Assembly (NCBI GenBank): GCA_026418475.1
Contig: JAOABG010000003.1
Coordinates: forward strand, 1-50,621
Length of the DNA stretch: 50,621 bases
Direction: 5' to 3'
Source: a bacterium
GTDB lineage: Bacteria; DRYD01
Shown here one piece after another: positions 36,411 to 45,449 of the stretch (positions are counted from its first letter, which is position 1; each line of letters begins with the position of its first letter). Below the pieces are notes generated by a model. The model saw only the letters and a program-made list of their open reading frames with translations. It was not told the origin of the DNA and searched no databases. Position numbers and translations under genes: made by a program.

Positions 36411-37039
36411 TATCCTATGAATTCATTTTTCATTCTTATTATTTGAAGGAATTCTTCTCTGGTTTTATGGTCAGTTTTAAATACACCGAGTAGTGTACTT
36501 GTGATGGTGTGTGAATTTTGTTTTTCTACTCCTCTCATCATCATGCATAGATGGTATCCATCTAATATTACTGCTACTCCTTGTGGATTTAGAACTTCTT
36601 GGATTGACATTGCTATTTGATTCGTTAATCTTTCTTGGACTTGTAGCCTTCTGGAGTACATTTCGACTATTTTTGCAAATTTTGATAATCCCAATATTTT
36701 TTTGTCAGGTATATATGCTATATGTGCAACTCCAAAGAAGGGTAATAAATGATGTTCACACATTGAATAAAACTCAACGTTTTTTATTACTATCATGTTA
36801 CTGTTTTCTGAGTTAAATATTGCATCGTTGATAATATCTTCTAAATTTTCTGAGTATCCTTTTAGCAGGAAGGCCCATGATTTTGAAACTCTATAGGGGG
36901 TTTTTTTCAAACCTTCTCTGTTTATATCTTCTCCTATTGTAATTAAGAAATCTCTGAATAGAGATTCTATTTTTTCTGATTCTATTGTGGTGTTGTACTC
37001 AATATTCATCTCTTCATCGATAATTTTTTTTATTTTCAT
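36410..37039 (-). CDS. folE: GTP cyclohydrolase I
   Basis: Motifs [23 protein letters not shown] and QVQERLT. Confidence 0.9.
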   Translation of the reverse strand: MKIKKIIDEEMNIEYNTTIESEKIESLFRDFLITIGEDINREGLKKTPYRVSKSWAFLLKGYSENLEDIINDAIFNSENSNMIVIKNVEFYSMCEHHLLPFFGVAHIAYIPDKKILGLSKFAKIVEMYSRRLQVQERLTNQIAMSIQEVLNPQGVAVILDGYHLCMMMRGVEKQNSHTITSTLLGVFKTDHKTREEFLQIIRMKNEFIG

Positions 37040-37169
37040 CTTCTTTTAAAAATATTCTTTTTAATTTTGTTTTTATCCTTTTTTACATTTTTTTTACAAT
37101 TTAGATGTTTTATTTTTTATTTTGGGAGGCAAAAAATAGATGAAAAAATTAAAAGGAGGTTAAAATATT

Positions 37170-38402
37170 ATGTTGGACAGGGTTGGTTTGAAGCTTTCAA
37201 ATGAATATGGAATTATTCAAAGAAATAGCGTTGAAAATAAAGAAAAATCTGATGTAAGTCAAGTTAATGATAATTTTAATCCCGAGCAACCTGGGGATGC
37301 TGAACATAAAAAATGGTTAGTTATACTTTATTCTGCAGGAGATAATAACCTTTACAGTTATCTTTTTGATGATTTGGATGAATTGGAAACTGTGGGATCT
37401 GATAAGAATACACATATAGTTTCTGTGGCTGACCAAGGAAAATATGGAACTAAATTCAAAGGTGCAAAAGTATTTTACCTTACTCAAGACCAAGAAAAAG
37501 GGAAAATAAATTCTGCTGTTTTGGAGGATTTGGGGCAGGTGAATATGGCTGACCCCAATTTTATGGGACAAAAAATAGGGGAACTGATGAAAAAGTATCC
37601 TTCTACTTATGTCACTGTCATTATTTCTGATCATGGTGCTGGGTGGGAAGGAGCTGTTGAAGATGATAGTCCATTCTATAAATTTATGAAGCTTTCTGAG
37701 GTAAAACAGGCTCTCCAAAAAGCTGTTGAAATTGGAGGCAAAAAGATAGATGTTCTTGGTTGGGATGCTTGTCTAATGGCCATGGCAGAAGTCGGATATG
37801 AATTAAAAGATGTTGCAAAGTATATGGTTGCAAGTGAGCAGTTGGAAGGTGCTGATGGCTGGCCTTATGGAACCATATTCTCTTCCACTCTGAGAGATGT
37901 TCTCAAAGTTGCTCAACAAATGATGCTGGTAAATATTGATGTTGAACCTAAGGATTTTGCCACGATGATTGTTAAAGCTTCTCAGAATTTTACACATTCA
38001 ATTAAGACTCTGTCTGCTGTGGATTTGGAAAAAGCTCAGGAATTAGCAAATAAAACTGACGAACTTGCAAAGGCGATACTTAATAACCCAGATTCATTCA
38101 GTAAGATAAAGGATGCATTGAGAAAAACTGAGAAGTTTTATGGGAGCTTTAGAGATCTTGGCCATTTTGCCAAGATATTACAATCAATTGAAGTTAGTGA
38201 TGAAATAAAGCAGAAGGCTGTTGAACTTGAAAAAACCCTCAATGAATATGTTGTAAAGGAATTCCATACTGATGCTCACCCAAATGCCACTGGAGTTTCT
38301 GTGGAAATGCCAACATACTATGGAACATCAAGCTCTTATAAACAAACAGATTTCGCAAAGAACACTTCTTGGGATGAGATGCTTGATAAAGTTGTAAAAT
38401 AA
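37170..38402 (+). CDS. Clostripain-like cysteine peptidase (family C11), no signal peptide
   Basis: The segment WLVILYSAGDNNL, the catalytic His (ISDHGAGWEG) and the catalytic Cys (LGWDACLMAMAEVG). AAGGAGG lies before ATG 37170. Confidence 0.75.
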   Translation: MLDRVGLKLSNEYGIIQRNSVENKEKSDVSQVNDNFNPEQPGDAEHKKWLVILYSAGDNNLYSYLFDDLDELETVGSDKNTHIVSVADQGKYGTKFKGAKVFYLTQDQEKGKINSAVLEDLGQVNMADPNFMGQKIGELMKKYPSTYVTVIISDHGAGWEGAVEDDSPFYKFMKLSEVKQALQKAVEIGGKKIDVLGWDACLMAMAEVGYELKDVAKYMVASEQLEGADGWPYGTIFSSTLRDVLKVAQQMMLVNIDVEPKDFATMIVKASQNFTHSIKTLSAVDLEKAQELANKTDELAKAILNNPDSFSKIKDALRKTEKFYGSFRDLGHFAKILQSIEVSDEIKQKAVELEKTLNEYVVKEFHTDAHPNATGVSVEMPTYYGTSSSYKQTDFAKNTSWDEMLDKVVK

Positions 38403-38426
38403 AATGTTGAGCAAAAATTGGTTAAC

Positions 38427-38453
38427 AAAGGGGGTTGCTGAAAGACCCCCTTT
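38427..38453. terminator. Bidirectional intrinsic terminator
   Basis: AAAGGGGGT (38427-38435) pairs with ACCCCCTTT (38445-38453) across a 9-nt loop. A/T tracts lie on both sides, and it sits between convergent genes. Confidence 0.8.
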
Positions 38454-38457
38454 GTTA

Positions 38458-38769
38458 TTAATAGGAGCCTAACATTGAACATACACATATCATTCCCGAA
38501 CAAAAACATGTTAAACCTATTACCACACCAATAATAATAAAAATTAAATTTTGATCTTGTTTGTTAGTTTGTGAAGGATTTGTCTGATTAGTGGTCTGAT
38601 ATCCCATTTGTGGATGTTGATATGGTTGTTGAGGTGGTGGAGGATAAGGAGGGTGATGGTATTGTTGTTGGGGATATTGCTGTGGAGCCTGCTTTAGGTT
38701 GAAACCACAGTAAGGGCAGATATTTGATTGGGGTTCAATATAATTTTTGCACTGTGGGCACTGAAACAT
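38458..38769 (-). CDS. Zinc-ribbon protein with Pro/Gln-rich linker and C-terminal TM anchor
   Basis: N-terminal CPQC...CPYC ribbon, a PQQYPQQQYHHPPYPPPPQQPYQHPQ low-complexity segment and a C-terminal hydrophobic helix. Confidence 0.65.
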   Translation of the reverse strand: MFQCPQCKNYIEPQSNICPYCGFNLKQAPQQYPQQQYHHPPYPPPPQQPYQHPQMGYQTTNQTNPSQTNKQDQNLIFIIIGVVIGLTCFCSGMICVCSMLGSY

Positions 38770-38780
38770 TTTTTACCTCC

Positions 38781-39635
38781 TTATAAGGATTGTGGGATCC
38801 ACACTGTTTTAATTTCTATGAATTTTTCTATCCAATACAGTCCTTCGGATTTATAGTCATCAAAAAAATCTTGGGGATCTAAGTTTTGTGTCCTAATTCT
38901 TTTTACGTTTATTGACGACCCTTCAAATATTTTATCAATTATTTGTTTATCGTTTCCTATATAATCAATAAGGTTTATATCAAAATGTTTTACAATATGG
39001 TCTATTAGTTCGTTGTTATGTTGGGTTAAGATATTAATAACCCCTGGTGGTAAATCTGAAGCTTTTAATATCTCAGCAAAGGTTAATATTGGTAATGGGT
39101 TTTCATTTATGATTGATACTACTGTATTACCAGCAACTATTGCTGGAATAACTTGAGTTATGAATGAAAGTAGGGGAGGATTGGGGAGTGTTATACATGC
39201 AACAACGCCTACGTATTCTGGAACCGAGTAGTTGATGAATGAAGAGGTAACCGTATTAACTGTTCCTAAAATGTGGGAGTATTTGTCAGTCCATCCTGCA
39301 TAGTGTATTAGCCTATCTACGGATTTCTGGACTTCGTTATATGGGTTATCTATATTATGTTTTTTAAGCTCATTTATTATCTCATATTTTCTATTTTCCA
39401 ATTCTTCTGCCATTCTGTATATTATTTGGCCTTTGTTATAATTGGATTTATTATTCCATGATTTTAGAGCGTTTTTGGAGTATCTTACAGCGTCTCTCAA
39501 GTCTTTCTTTGAGCTTCTTGGAATATTGGCTAAAAAGTTGCCATTTTTATCAAAGATTTTATAACTCCTTCCACTTTCGCTTCTGACGAATTCATTATTT
39601 ACGAACATTTTATAAGTTTTATAAACTTCTACCAT
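38781..39635 (-). CDS. Aldehyde-dehydrogenase-family protein lacking the catalytic domain
   Basis: The ALDH N-terminal and cofactor-domain pattern is present (FVNNEFV...DLRDAVRYSKNALKSW, GNTVVSIINENPLP, LPPGVINIL), as is an ALDH-like C-terminal tail (IEIKTVWI). It is only 284 aa, so the region that normally carries the catalytic Glu and Cys is absent. Confidence 0.65.
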   Translation of the reverse strand: MVEVYKTYKMFVNNEFVRSESGRSYKIFDKNGNFLANIPRSSKKDLRDAVRYSKNALKSWNNKSNYNKGQIIYRMAEELENRKYEIINELKKHNIDNPYNEVQKSVDRLIHYAGWTDKYSHILGTVNTVTSSFINYSVPEYVGVVACITLPNPPLLSFITQVIPAIVAGNTVVSIINENPLPILTFAEILKASDLPPGVINILTQHNNELIDHIVKHFDINLIDYIGNDKQIIDKIFEGSSINVKRIRTQNLDPQDFFDDYKSEGLYWIEKFIEIKTVWIPQSL

Positions 39636-39708
39636 TTTTTATTCCTCCCTGAAACTGGGATAATTTCTCTAAATCTTATTTCTTTACAAAAATCTTAAAC
39701 CCTCTATT

Positions 39709-40515
39709 TTGTTCTCTGGAATGGAGGTTTGGAATTCAATTTTTAGAAATAAACTAAAAAGGATGTCCAAAATTGAGATATCATACTGTTATAAAAATGA
39801 TATTCACAATGATGATAGTTATTTTATCCAGGATTTGGGTTTTAGCTTTTTTATTGGGATTTCCGATGGAGTATCTTCTAATAAACTTGGAAAAGTATGT
39901 TCGTTCCTAACTCTTGATAAAATTCAATTTAATATTAACAATAAATTGTTTATTGAAAATCTAAAAAAGGATATAGAAGAAGGGAAAGATCTTAAAATGG
40001 TTCTGAAAAGTTTAGTTGAGATTAGCTTCAGAGATATAATGGATGATTACAAAGAGAAGAAAATACCTAAGCATTTTAAGGAAATGATAAAAAAGGATTC
40101 TGATGATCCCAAAGCAACAGTATTAATTGGATTAATTGATCTTGTTAATATGGTACTTTATACTTATTCTTTGGGAGATAGTGAATGTTGGATAATAAGA
40201 AATGGTTGTCTTTACAGCCATTGTGGGTTTTCTATTAACTCAGACCATGTTTTGATAAGCCACTTCAGCTTATTAACAGGTATCAATGGGTTTCCCGATA
40301 TATTGTCTAGGAAAGTTTATATTGGGGATATTATTGTGTTTAATACCGATGGTGCTAAAGTGACTTGGACCTCTAAATTTGGTATCCCTGGAATACCATT
40401 CTTGAGACATTTATCACAAGATTTTACTAATAGTGCTTACAGATGGATAAATTTTTTGGAAACTAATAAACTTCTTGCTGACGACTCAACCTTAGTAATA
40501 TCCAAAATAGTATAA
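39709..40515 (+). CDS. PP2C/PPM-family Ser/Thr phosphatase
   Basis: Metal-binding motifs ISDGVSS, GDSECW, NTDGA and DDSTLV. The true start may be an internal Met at 39721 or 39766. Confidence 0.7.
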   Translation: MFSGMEVWNSIFRNKLKRMSKIEISYCYKNDIHNDDSYFIQDLGFSFFIGISDGVSSNKLGKVCSFLTLDKIQFNINNKLFIENLKKDIEEGKDLKMVLKSLVEISFRDIMDDYKEKKIPKHFKEMIKKDSDDPKATVLIGLIDLVNMVLYTYSLGDSECWIIRNGCLYSHCGFSINSDHVLISHFSLLTGINGFPDILSRKVYIGDIIVFNTDGAKVTWTSKFGIPGIPFLRHLSQDFTNSAYRWINFLETNKLLADDSTLVISKIV

Positions 40516-40518
40516 AAT

Positions 40519-41781
40519 ATGAAAAAAATTTCATGGTGGTTGAAGATTTTCATCTTTTCATTTATTTCCTACTTTTCAGCAATACTCATTATTTTTGTAA
40601 TTAATGAATTTCAGAGTATTAACAAGTTAATAAAAGATGATAATAAAAAACTGAGTAATTATAACTATATAAATTACTATTCTATTTTGGATTTATATGA
40701 TTCTAAGGTTTCAGGAATTACTAAATTTATCAGTAATTATGTTTTCGCATCTTTTAAAAATCAGAATAAAATGTATCTTTTAAAGATTGATTTGTATGGA
40801 AACATAATTAATAGCTTTGGTACTAAAGATATCAAGTTTAAGTCAATTTCATTGGATGAGTTGAAGATGTATGCCAGATTAATTGCTGATTCTCAAGAAA
40901 GTATATACTCTATAATTCTTGATTATAATCTAAATAAACTTGGTTGTCAGAAGATTGTATTTGATAAATATTATAAAAATGACCTAATATATTTGGATAC
41001 TCAGAAAATTGGCTTTCTTTTGGAGGATGAAAAAAAGTACATAGTTTTTTGTAGCTTTGAGCATACTGGTATTAAGAAAAACTTGGAGTTCTTGTCAAAT
41101 AAAAGTTTGATTAACGTGGGATTTGACAATAATTTTATTATTTTTAACTTGGCTTCTGAAAATAAAAATTTACCTCTTCTTATAGATGTCAATAATTTTG
41201 AACAATATATTATAAATCAAAATTCGTACGTTGATAGCTTTTCTACTAATGATGGATACATTTTTTTGATTCTCAGGAAAGAGAATAATTCACAATTTTT
41301 GTTGAAGATATCTAAAAAAAATAAGAAAATAATTTCTTGTTTTGAAATACAATCTGGTATTTTATTAAGTGTTAAGGTATCTGTTTTAAATGACTATTTA
41401 GTTTTATATTTTGATTATAACAATGAGCCGTATTTGGTTTTTGTTAATGATAACGGAAGGATTGATAAGGTAAGAAAAATTAATGGTATTCATGGAGAGT
41501 ACAGTTTGTTTGCAAATCCTTTGGGTTTGTTTTTAGTGTTTTATTATCAAGGTTTCCCATTTGTTATTAGATTTGATGATAGAATTGAAAGTTCGTATGG
41601 TTCTTATTTTTCAATAAGTGAAGCTTCAGATTTTTCCTTAGTTCTGAGAGATGTAAGTGGATTTTCCGTAGACCAGTTGGATTTTCTAACAAAGTCAAAT
41701 AATGTACAAGTGTATTTAGAAAAAACAGATTTGAAATTTGAAAGGGAAGATGTATTTTTGAAAGCCTACAGTACCTTTTGA
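40519..41781 (+). CDS. Hypothetical membrane-anchored protein
   Basis: 420 aa with an N-terminal TM segment (WWLKIFIFSFISYFSAILIIFVI). It starts 3 nt after the phosphatase gene. No recognisable motif. Confidence 0.55.
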   Translation: MKKISWWLKIFIFSFISYFSAILIIFVINEFQSINKLIKDDNKKLSNYNYINYYSILDLYDSKVSGITKFISNYVFASFKNQNKMYLLKIDLYGNIINSFGTKDIKFKSISLDELKMYARLIADSQESIYSIILDYNLNKLGCQKIVFDKYYKNDLIYLDTQKIGFLLEDEKKYIVFCSFEHTGIKKNLEFLSNKSLINVGFDNNFIIFNLASENKNLPLLIDVNNFEQYIINQNSYVDSFSTNDGYIFLILRKENNSQFLLKISKKNKKIISCFEIQSGILLSVKVSVLNDYLVLYFDYNNEPYLVFVNDNGRIDKVRKINGIHGEYSLFANPLGLFLVFYYQGFPFVIRFDDRIESSYGSYFSISEASDFSLVLRDVSGFSVDQLDFLTKSNNVQVYLEKTDLKFEREDVFLKAYSTF

Positions 41782-41785
41782 ATGA

Positions 41786-42937
41786 TTATCTTACTATTTT
41801 ATTTTTTTCCATAAATACGAAGTTTGGCTTTCCTCTTAGGTTGTAATCTGATATCATAACTTCTCCATATGCTCCGGCGCTTCTTATTGCTATATGGTCT
41901 CCTCTGTTGGTTAATGGAAGTAAAACATTTTTTGCGAAACAATCTGTGCTTTCACATATTGGACCATGTATATCATATATGTTTGTAGGCTTTTCATGTA
42001 TTTTGGTTAAGTTTTGTATCATATGGAAAGCCTCATAGAGTGCTGGCCTTATTAGGTGGTTCATACCACTGTCTAATATCAATAATTCCTTATTGGCGAA
42101 TTCTTTTTTGAATAGGACTTTAGATATCAGTGTTCCACATTGTCCCACTACTGATCTTCCAGGTTCTACACAGACTTTAACATTTTTGGGTTTTGATAAA
42201 AATTTTCTAAGTGTGTCAAAATATTCTTTGAAATTTGGAATATTGTTTGGATTGTGGTAGTCTATTCCCAATCCACCTCCCAGATTCAACATTTTTAAAT
42301 TAAATTTTCTTTCTAACACAAACTCTATTATTTCGTTTACCCTTATACATAAGTTTTTAAATACTGACATGTCTGTTATTTGTGATCCTATGTGGAAGTG
42401 GAGTCCTATGAATTCTATAGAGGAAGATTTTTTTATTTTATCAAGTGCTGAACCCAAGTATTCAAAATTTATCCCAAATTTGTTTTCAGATAGGCCGGTT
42501 GTTATAGCTTTGTGTGTGAGAGGGTCAACATTGGGATTAACTCTCAAAGAAACTCTGGCCGTTTTATTTAACTCTTGAGATATTTGATCTACTACTTCTA
42601 TCTCTTGTATGCTTTCAATATTTATTGATTCTATATCGTTTATAATTGCCAATTTTATTTGTTCATCTGTTTTTCCAACACCTGACATCACTATGTTTTT
42701 GAACCCGAATTCTAAAGCTAATTTTAGCTCTCCTATGCTTACCACCTCTGCTCCTAACCCTTTTTTTCTTATTACTTCCAAAATTTTGGGATTAGAATTT
42801 GCTTTTAATGAATAAAAGATTAAAAAATCTTTACTGTTTGATAACAGATTGTCTGTTGTTTTCTCTAAAATATCAATGTCATAGAAGTAAGATGGAGTGG
42901 GAATTTCTGTTAAAAGATCCTTGATCTTTTCTATCAT
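41786..42937 (-). CDS. lysA: Diaminopimelate decarboxylase
   Basis: PLP-Lys motif (YSLKANSNP), GGGLGIDY, EPGRSVVG, CESTDCF and GAYG. It overlaps the upstream aspartokinase gene. Confidence 0.85.
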   Translation of the reverse strand: MIEKIKDLLTEIPTPSYFYDIDILEKTTDNLLSNSKDFLIFYSLKANSNPKILEVIRKKGLGAEVVSIGELKLALEFGFKNIVMSGVGKTDEQIKLAIINDIESINIESIQEIEVVDQISQELNKTARVSLRVNPNVDPLTHKAITTGLSENKFGINFEYLGSALDKIKKSSSIEFIGLHFHIGSQITDMSVFKNLCIRVNEIIEFVLERKFNLKMLNLGGGLGIDYHNPNNIPNFKEYFDTLRKFLSKPKNVKVCVEPGRSVVGQCGTLISKVLFKKEFANKELLILDSGMNHLIRPALYEAFHMIQNLTKIHEKPTNIYDIHGPICESTDCFAKNVLLPLTNRGDHIAIRSAGAYGEVMISDYNLRGKPNFVFMEKNKIVR

Positions 42938-44247
42938 ATGAATAACTCGTTTAACTTGTTAAGTGCTTCTTTTTTGTAAGCTGTATCTATTACGAATGTT
43001 ATATTGTAATCGCTGCTTCCATATGATAACATTCTTATTGGTATTTTTTCAAGTGAGGTTAGAACTTTTTGTAGGTAGCCTGGCTTATTTTTGGGAATGT
43101 ATCCCACACAAGCAATTACTGTATTGTTTTTAATTACTTCTATATTTGCAAATGTTGATAATTCATCTACTATTTCGCTTAAATGAGTGTCATCATCTAT
43201 TGTTAATGATACTGATATTTCTGAAGTTGTAATAACATCAACTGGGACTTTGAATCTTTCAAATGTTTCAAATATTTTTCGTAGGAATCCATAAGCCATG
43301 AGCATCCTGTAGCTTTTTATTTGAATAATTGTTATGTTATCTTTGGCTGCTATTGCTTTGAAACCTTCTGATAGTATTAAGTTAGTTATAACTGTGCCTG
43401 CTGCAAATGGATTAAAGGTGTTTTTTAAGATTACAGGAATTGAGTTCTTTTGTGCAGGTAAAACTGTGGATGGATGTAGAACTTTTGCTCCAAAATATGC
43501 TAACTCTGCTGCTTCATCGAAAGTGAGATAGTTAACAGGATAGGTGTTTTCTACAAACCGAGGATCGTTATTGTATACCCCACTTACATCAGACCATATC
43601 TGAATCTCTTTTGCCTTCAATACATATCCTATTATTGAAGCGGTGTAATCACTACCACCTCTGCCCAAGTTATCTATTTCACCTAAGTGATTCCTGCAAA
43701 TATATCCCTGAGTTATGTATAAACTTTTTGAAGAAAAAATATTTGAGGCTACTGAATTGATATATTCATAATCTGGTTCTCTTTCTTCATTAATTTTGAT
43801 GAAATCCAAGGCATTAACGAATAAATTTTCCACTCCTTCTTGTAAAAGAAAGTTGTGAAAAATAAAAGATGTTATTAATTCACCCTGTGCAACTATTATT
43901 CTTTCTTCCCTCTTTGTCAAATTATTGCTCTCATTCTTTACATTAGTAATAGTATTTATTGTTTCTTCTAAAAATATTGTACATGTATCTTTAAATCTGT
44001 CGTACAGTAGTTCTTCTATTATGTTCAAAAATTTTTCTCTGAAGGTTTTTATTTCTGAATCTATACTTTGCTTGTTTTTCAAGTTATCACAAATTTTGAA
44101 CAATAAGTTAGTGATTCCGAAAACTGCTGATAAAACAATTACCAGATCTTTACCATTAGAGTTTATTTCGTTTATTATTATGTTTTTAACTTTTCTTATG
44201 TTAGTTGGGTTTGCCAAACTACTTCCGCCAAATTTGAATACTTTCAT
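42934..44247 (-). CDS. lysC: Aspartate kinase
   Basis: N-terminal VFKFGGSSLANP, the nucleotide site GRGGSDYTAS and C-terminal ACT-like repeats. Confidence 0.88.
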   Translation of the reverse strand: MKVFKFGGSSLANPTNIRKVKNIIINEINSNGKDLVIVLSAVFGITNLLFKICDNLKNKQSIDSEIKTFREKFLNIIEELLYDRFKDTCTIFLEETINTITNVKNESNNLTKREERIIVAQGELITSFIFHNFLLQEGVENLFVNALDFIKINEEREPDYEYINSVASNIFSSKSLYITQGYICRNHLGEIDNLGRGGSDYTASIIGYVLKAKEIQIWSDVSGVYNNDPRFVENTYPVNYLTFDEAAELAYFGAKVLHPSTVLPAQKNSIPVILKNTFNPFAAGTVITNLILSEGFKAIAAKDNITIIQIKSYRMLMAYGFLRKIFETFERFKVPVDVITTSEISVSLTIDDDTHLSEIVDELSTFANIEVIKNNTVIACVGYIPKNKPGYLQKVLTSLEKIPIRMLSYGSSDYNITFVIDTAYKKEALNKLNELFI

Positions 44248-44271
44248 AGTATTCCTCCTATTTCTAAAAAT

Positions 44272-45402
44272 TTAGCTAATATATTGTAAGACTTTGGCTA
44301 ATATATTTTTTTCATCTATGTTCTCCAAATCTACTTTTTCCACTAGAGATCCTTTACTTAAAGAGGGAACAAGATAAATTAATAATTCTTGTTGATTGAA
44401 GATGAAAAATATTGATATCTCATTTATATCGAAAATTTTTATTATCATCATATCAACAGATTTTTGTATTTCATATCCCATGAAATTTTTAGCAAATGTA
44501 TCTTGAAAAATTTTTTCAATATTTTTTGAAATCATTTCAACCTTTTCTATGTATTTATTGAATTCTATTAAGTAGGTATTATCAATTTTCAGGTTATCTT
44601 TATTTAGAGTTGAGATTATTTCGGATATTGTTTGAAACCTTTTTGAGGGATCTAACTCAACGCACTTTAGTAGTACTTTTAGAAACATATCTGATATTTT
44701 TTCTTTAGATTTCTCTGTTGCTTTCTCAAGATAGCTTTTGTGGAGTTCCTTATCAAAATTGGATTTTTGTTCAAATGGTTTAATGTTAGATATAATTTCT
44801 AAAAAAGTCATTCCCAATGAAAATATATCGTTGTACGGTTGTGGTGGTAGTTTCTGATATTGCTCTGGAGGTGAATATCCTGGACTGACAAAAACAATAT
44901 TGTTGTTCAAAAAATTGGATATCCCAAAATCTATTATCTTCACACTGTCGTTTTGGAAATCCACCATTATGTTTGAAGGTTTTATGTCTCTATGTATAAT
45001 TGATTTTGAATGAAGATAATCTATTGCGTTGAGTGACATTATGAAGTACTTAAGGATTTTTTCTTCTGGTAAATCATTGTTCTTTCTAAAATATGTTTTT
45101 ATATCTTCTCCTTCTATGAATTCCATAACATAAAAAAAGTTGTTATTAAAATAAAAACTATCGTAAAATTTTGATATATTTGGATATTTTATGAGTCTTA
45201 AAATGGAAATTTCTGAGATAAAACTTTCTATGAACAGGTTTTTGTAATGTTCTAATTTCAACTGTTTGATTGCAAAAATTTTGGGTATTTTTAAATGTCT
45301 GACTTTATAGACATTACCCATTCCACCAGAGTTAAGTAGTTCCAAAATTTCATAGGTATTGAATATTATTTCTCCTGTATTGAAAACTTTCATTAGCTTC
45401 AC
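44272..45402 (-). CDS. Hanks-type Ser/Thr protein kinase with unassigned C-terminal domain
   Basis: Glycine loop (LNSGGMGNVYK), the catalytic Lys (AIKQ), HRDIKPSNIMV, DFGIS and SPGYSPPE. The C-terminal ~110 aa are unassigned, with no TM segment or PASTA domain. Confidence 0.85.
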   Translation of the reverse strand: MKLMKVFNTGEIIFNTYEILELLNSGGMGNVYKVRHLKIPKIFAIKQLKLEHYKNLFIESFISEISILRLIKYPNISKFYDSFYFNNNFFYVMEFIEGEDIKTYFRKNNDLPEEKILKYFIMSLNAIDYLHSKSIIHRDIKPSNIMVDFQNDSVKIIDFGISNFLNNNIVFVSPGYSPPEQYQKLPPQPYNDIFSLGMTFLEIISNIKPFEQKSNFDKELHKSYLEKATEKSKEKISDMFLKVLLKCVELDPSKRFQTISEIISTLNKDNLKIDNTYLIEFNKYIEKVEMISKNIEKIFQDTFAKNFMGYEIQKSVDMMIIKIFDINEISIFFIFNQQELLIYLVPSLSKGSLVEKVDLENIDEKNILAKVLQYIS

Positions 45403-45449
45403 CTTGTCTTACTCCTATTTTAAATTCTCCTTTTGAGATGTTGTTACCT

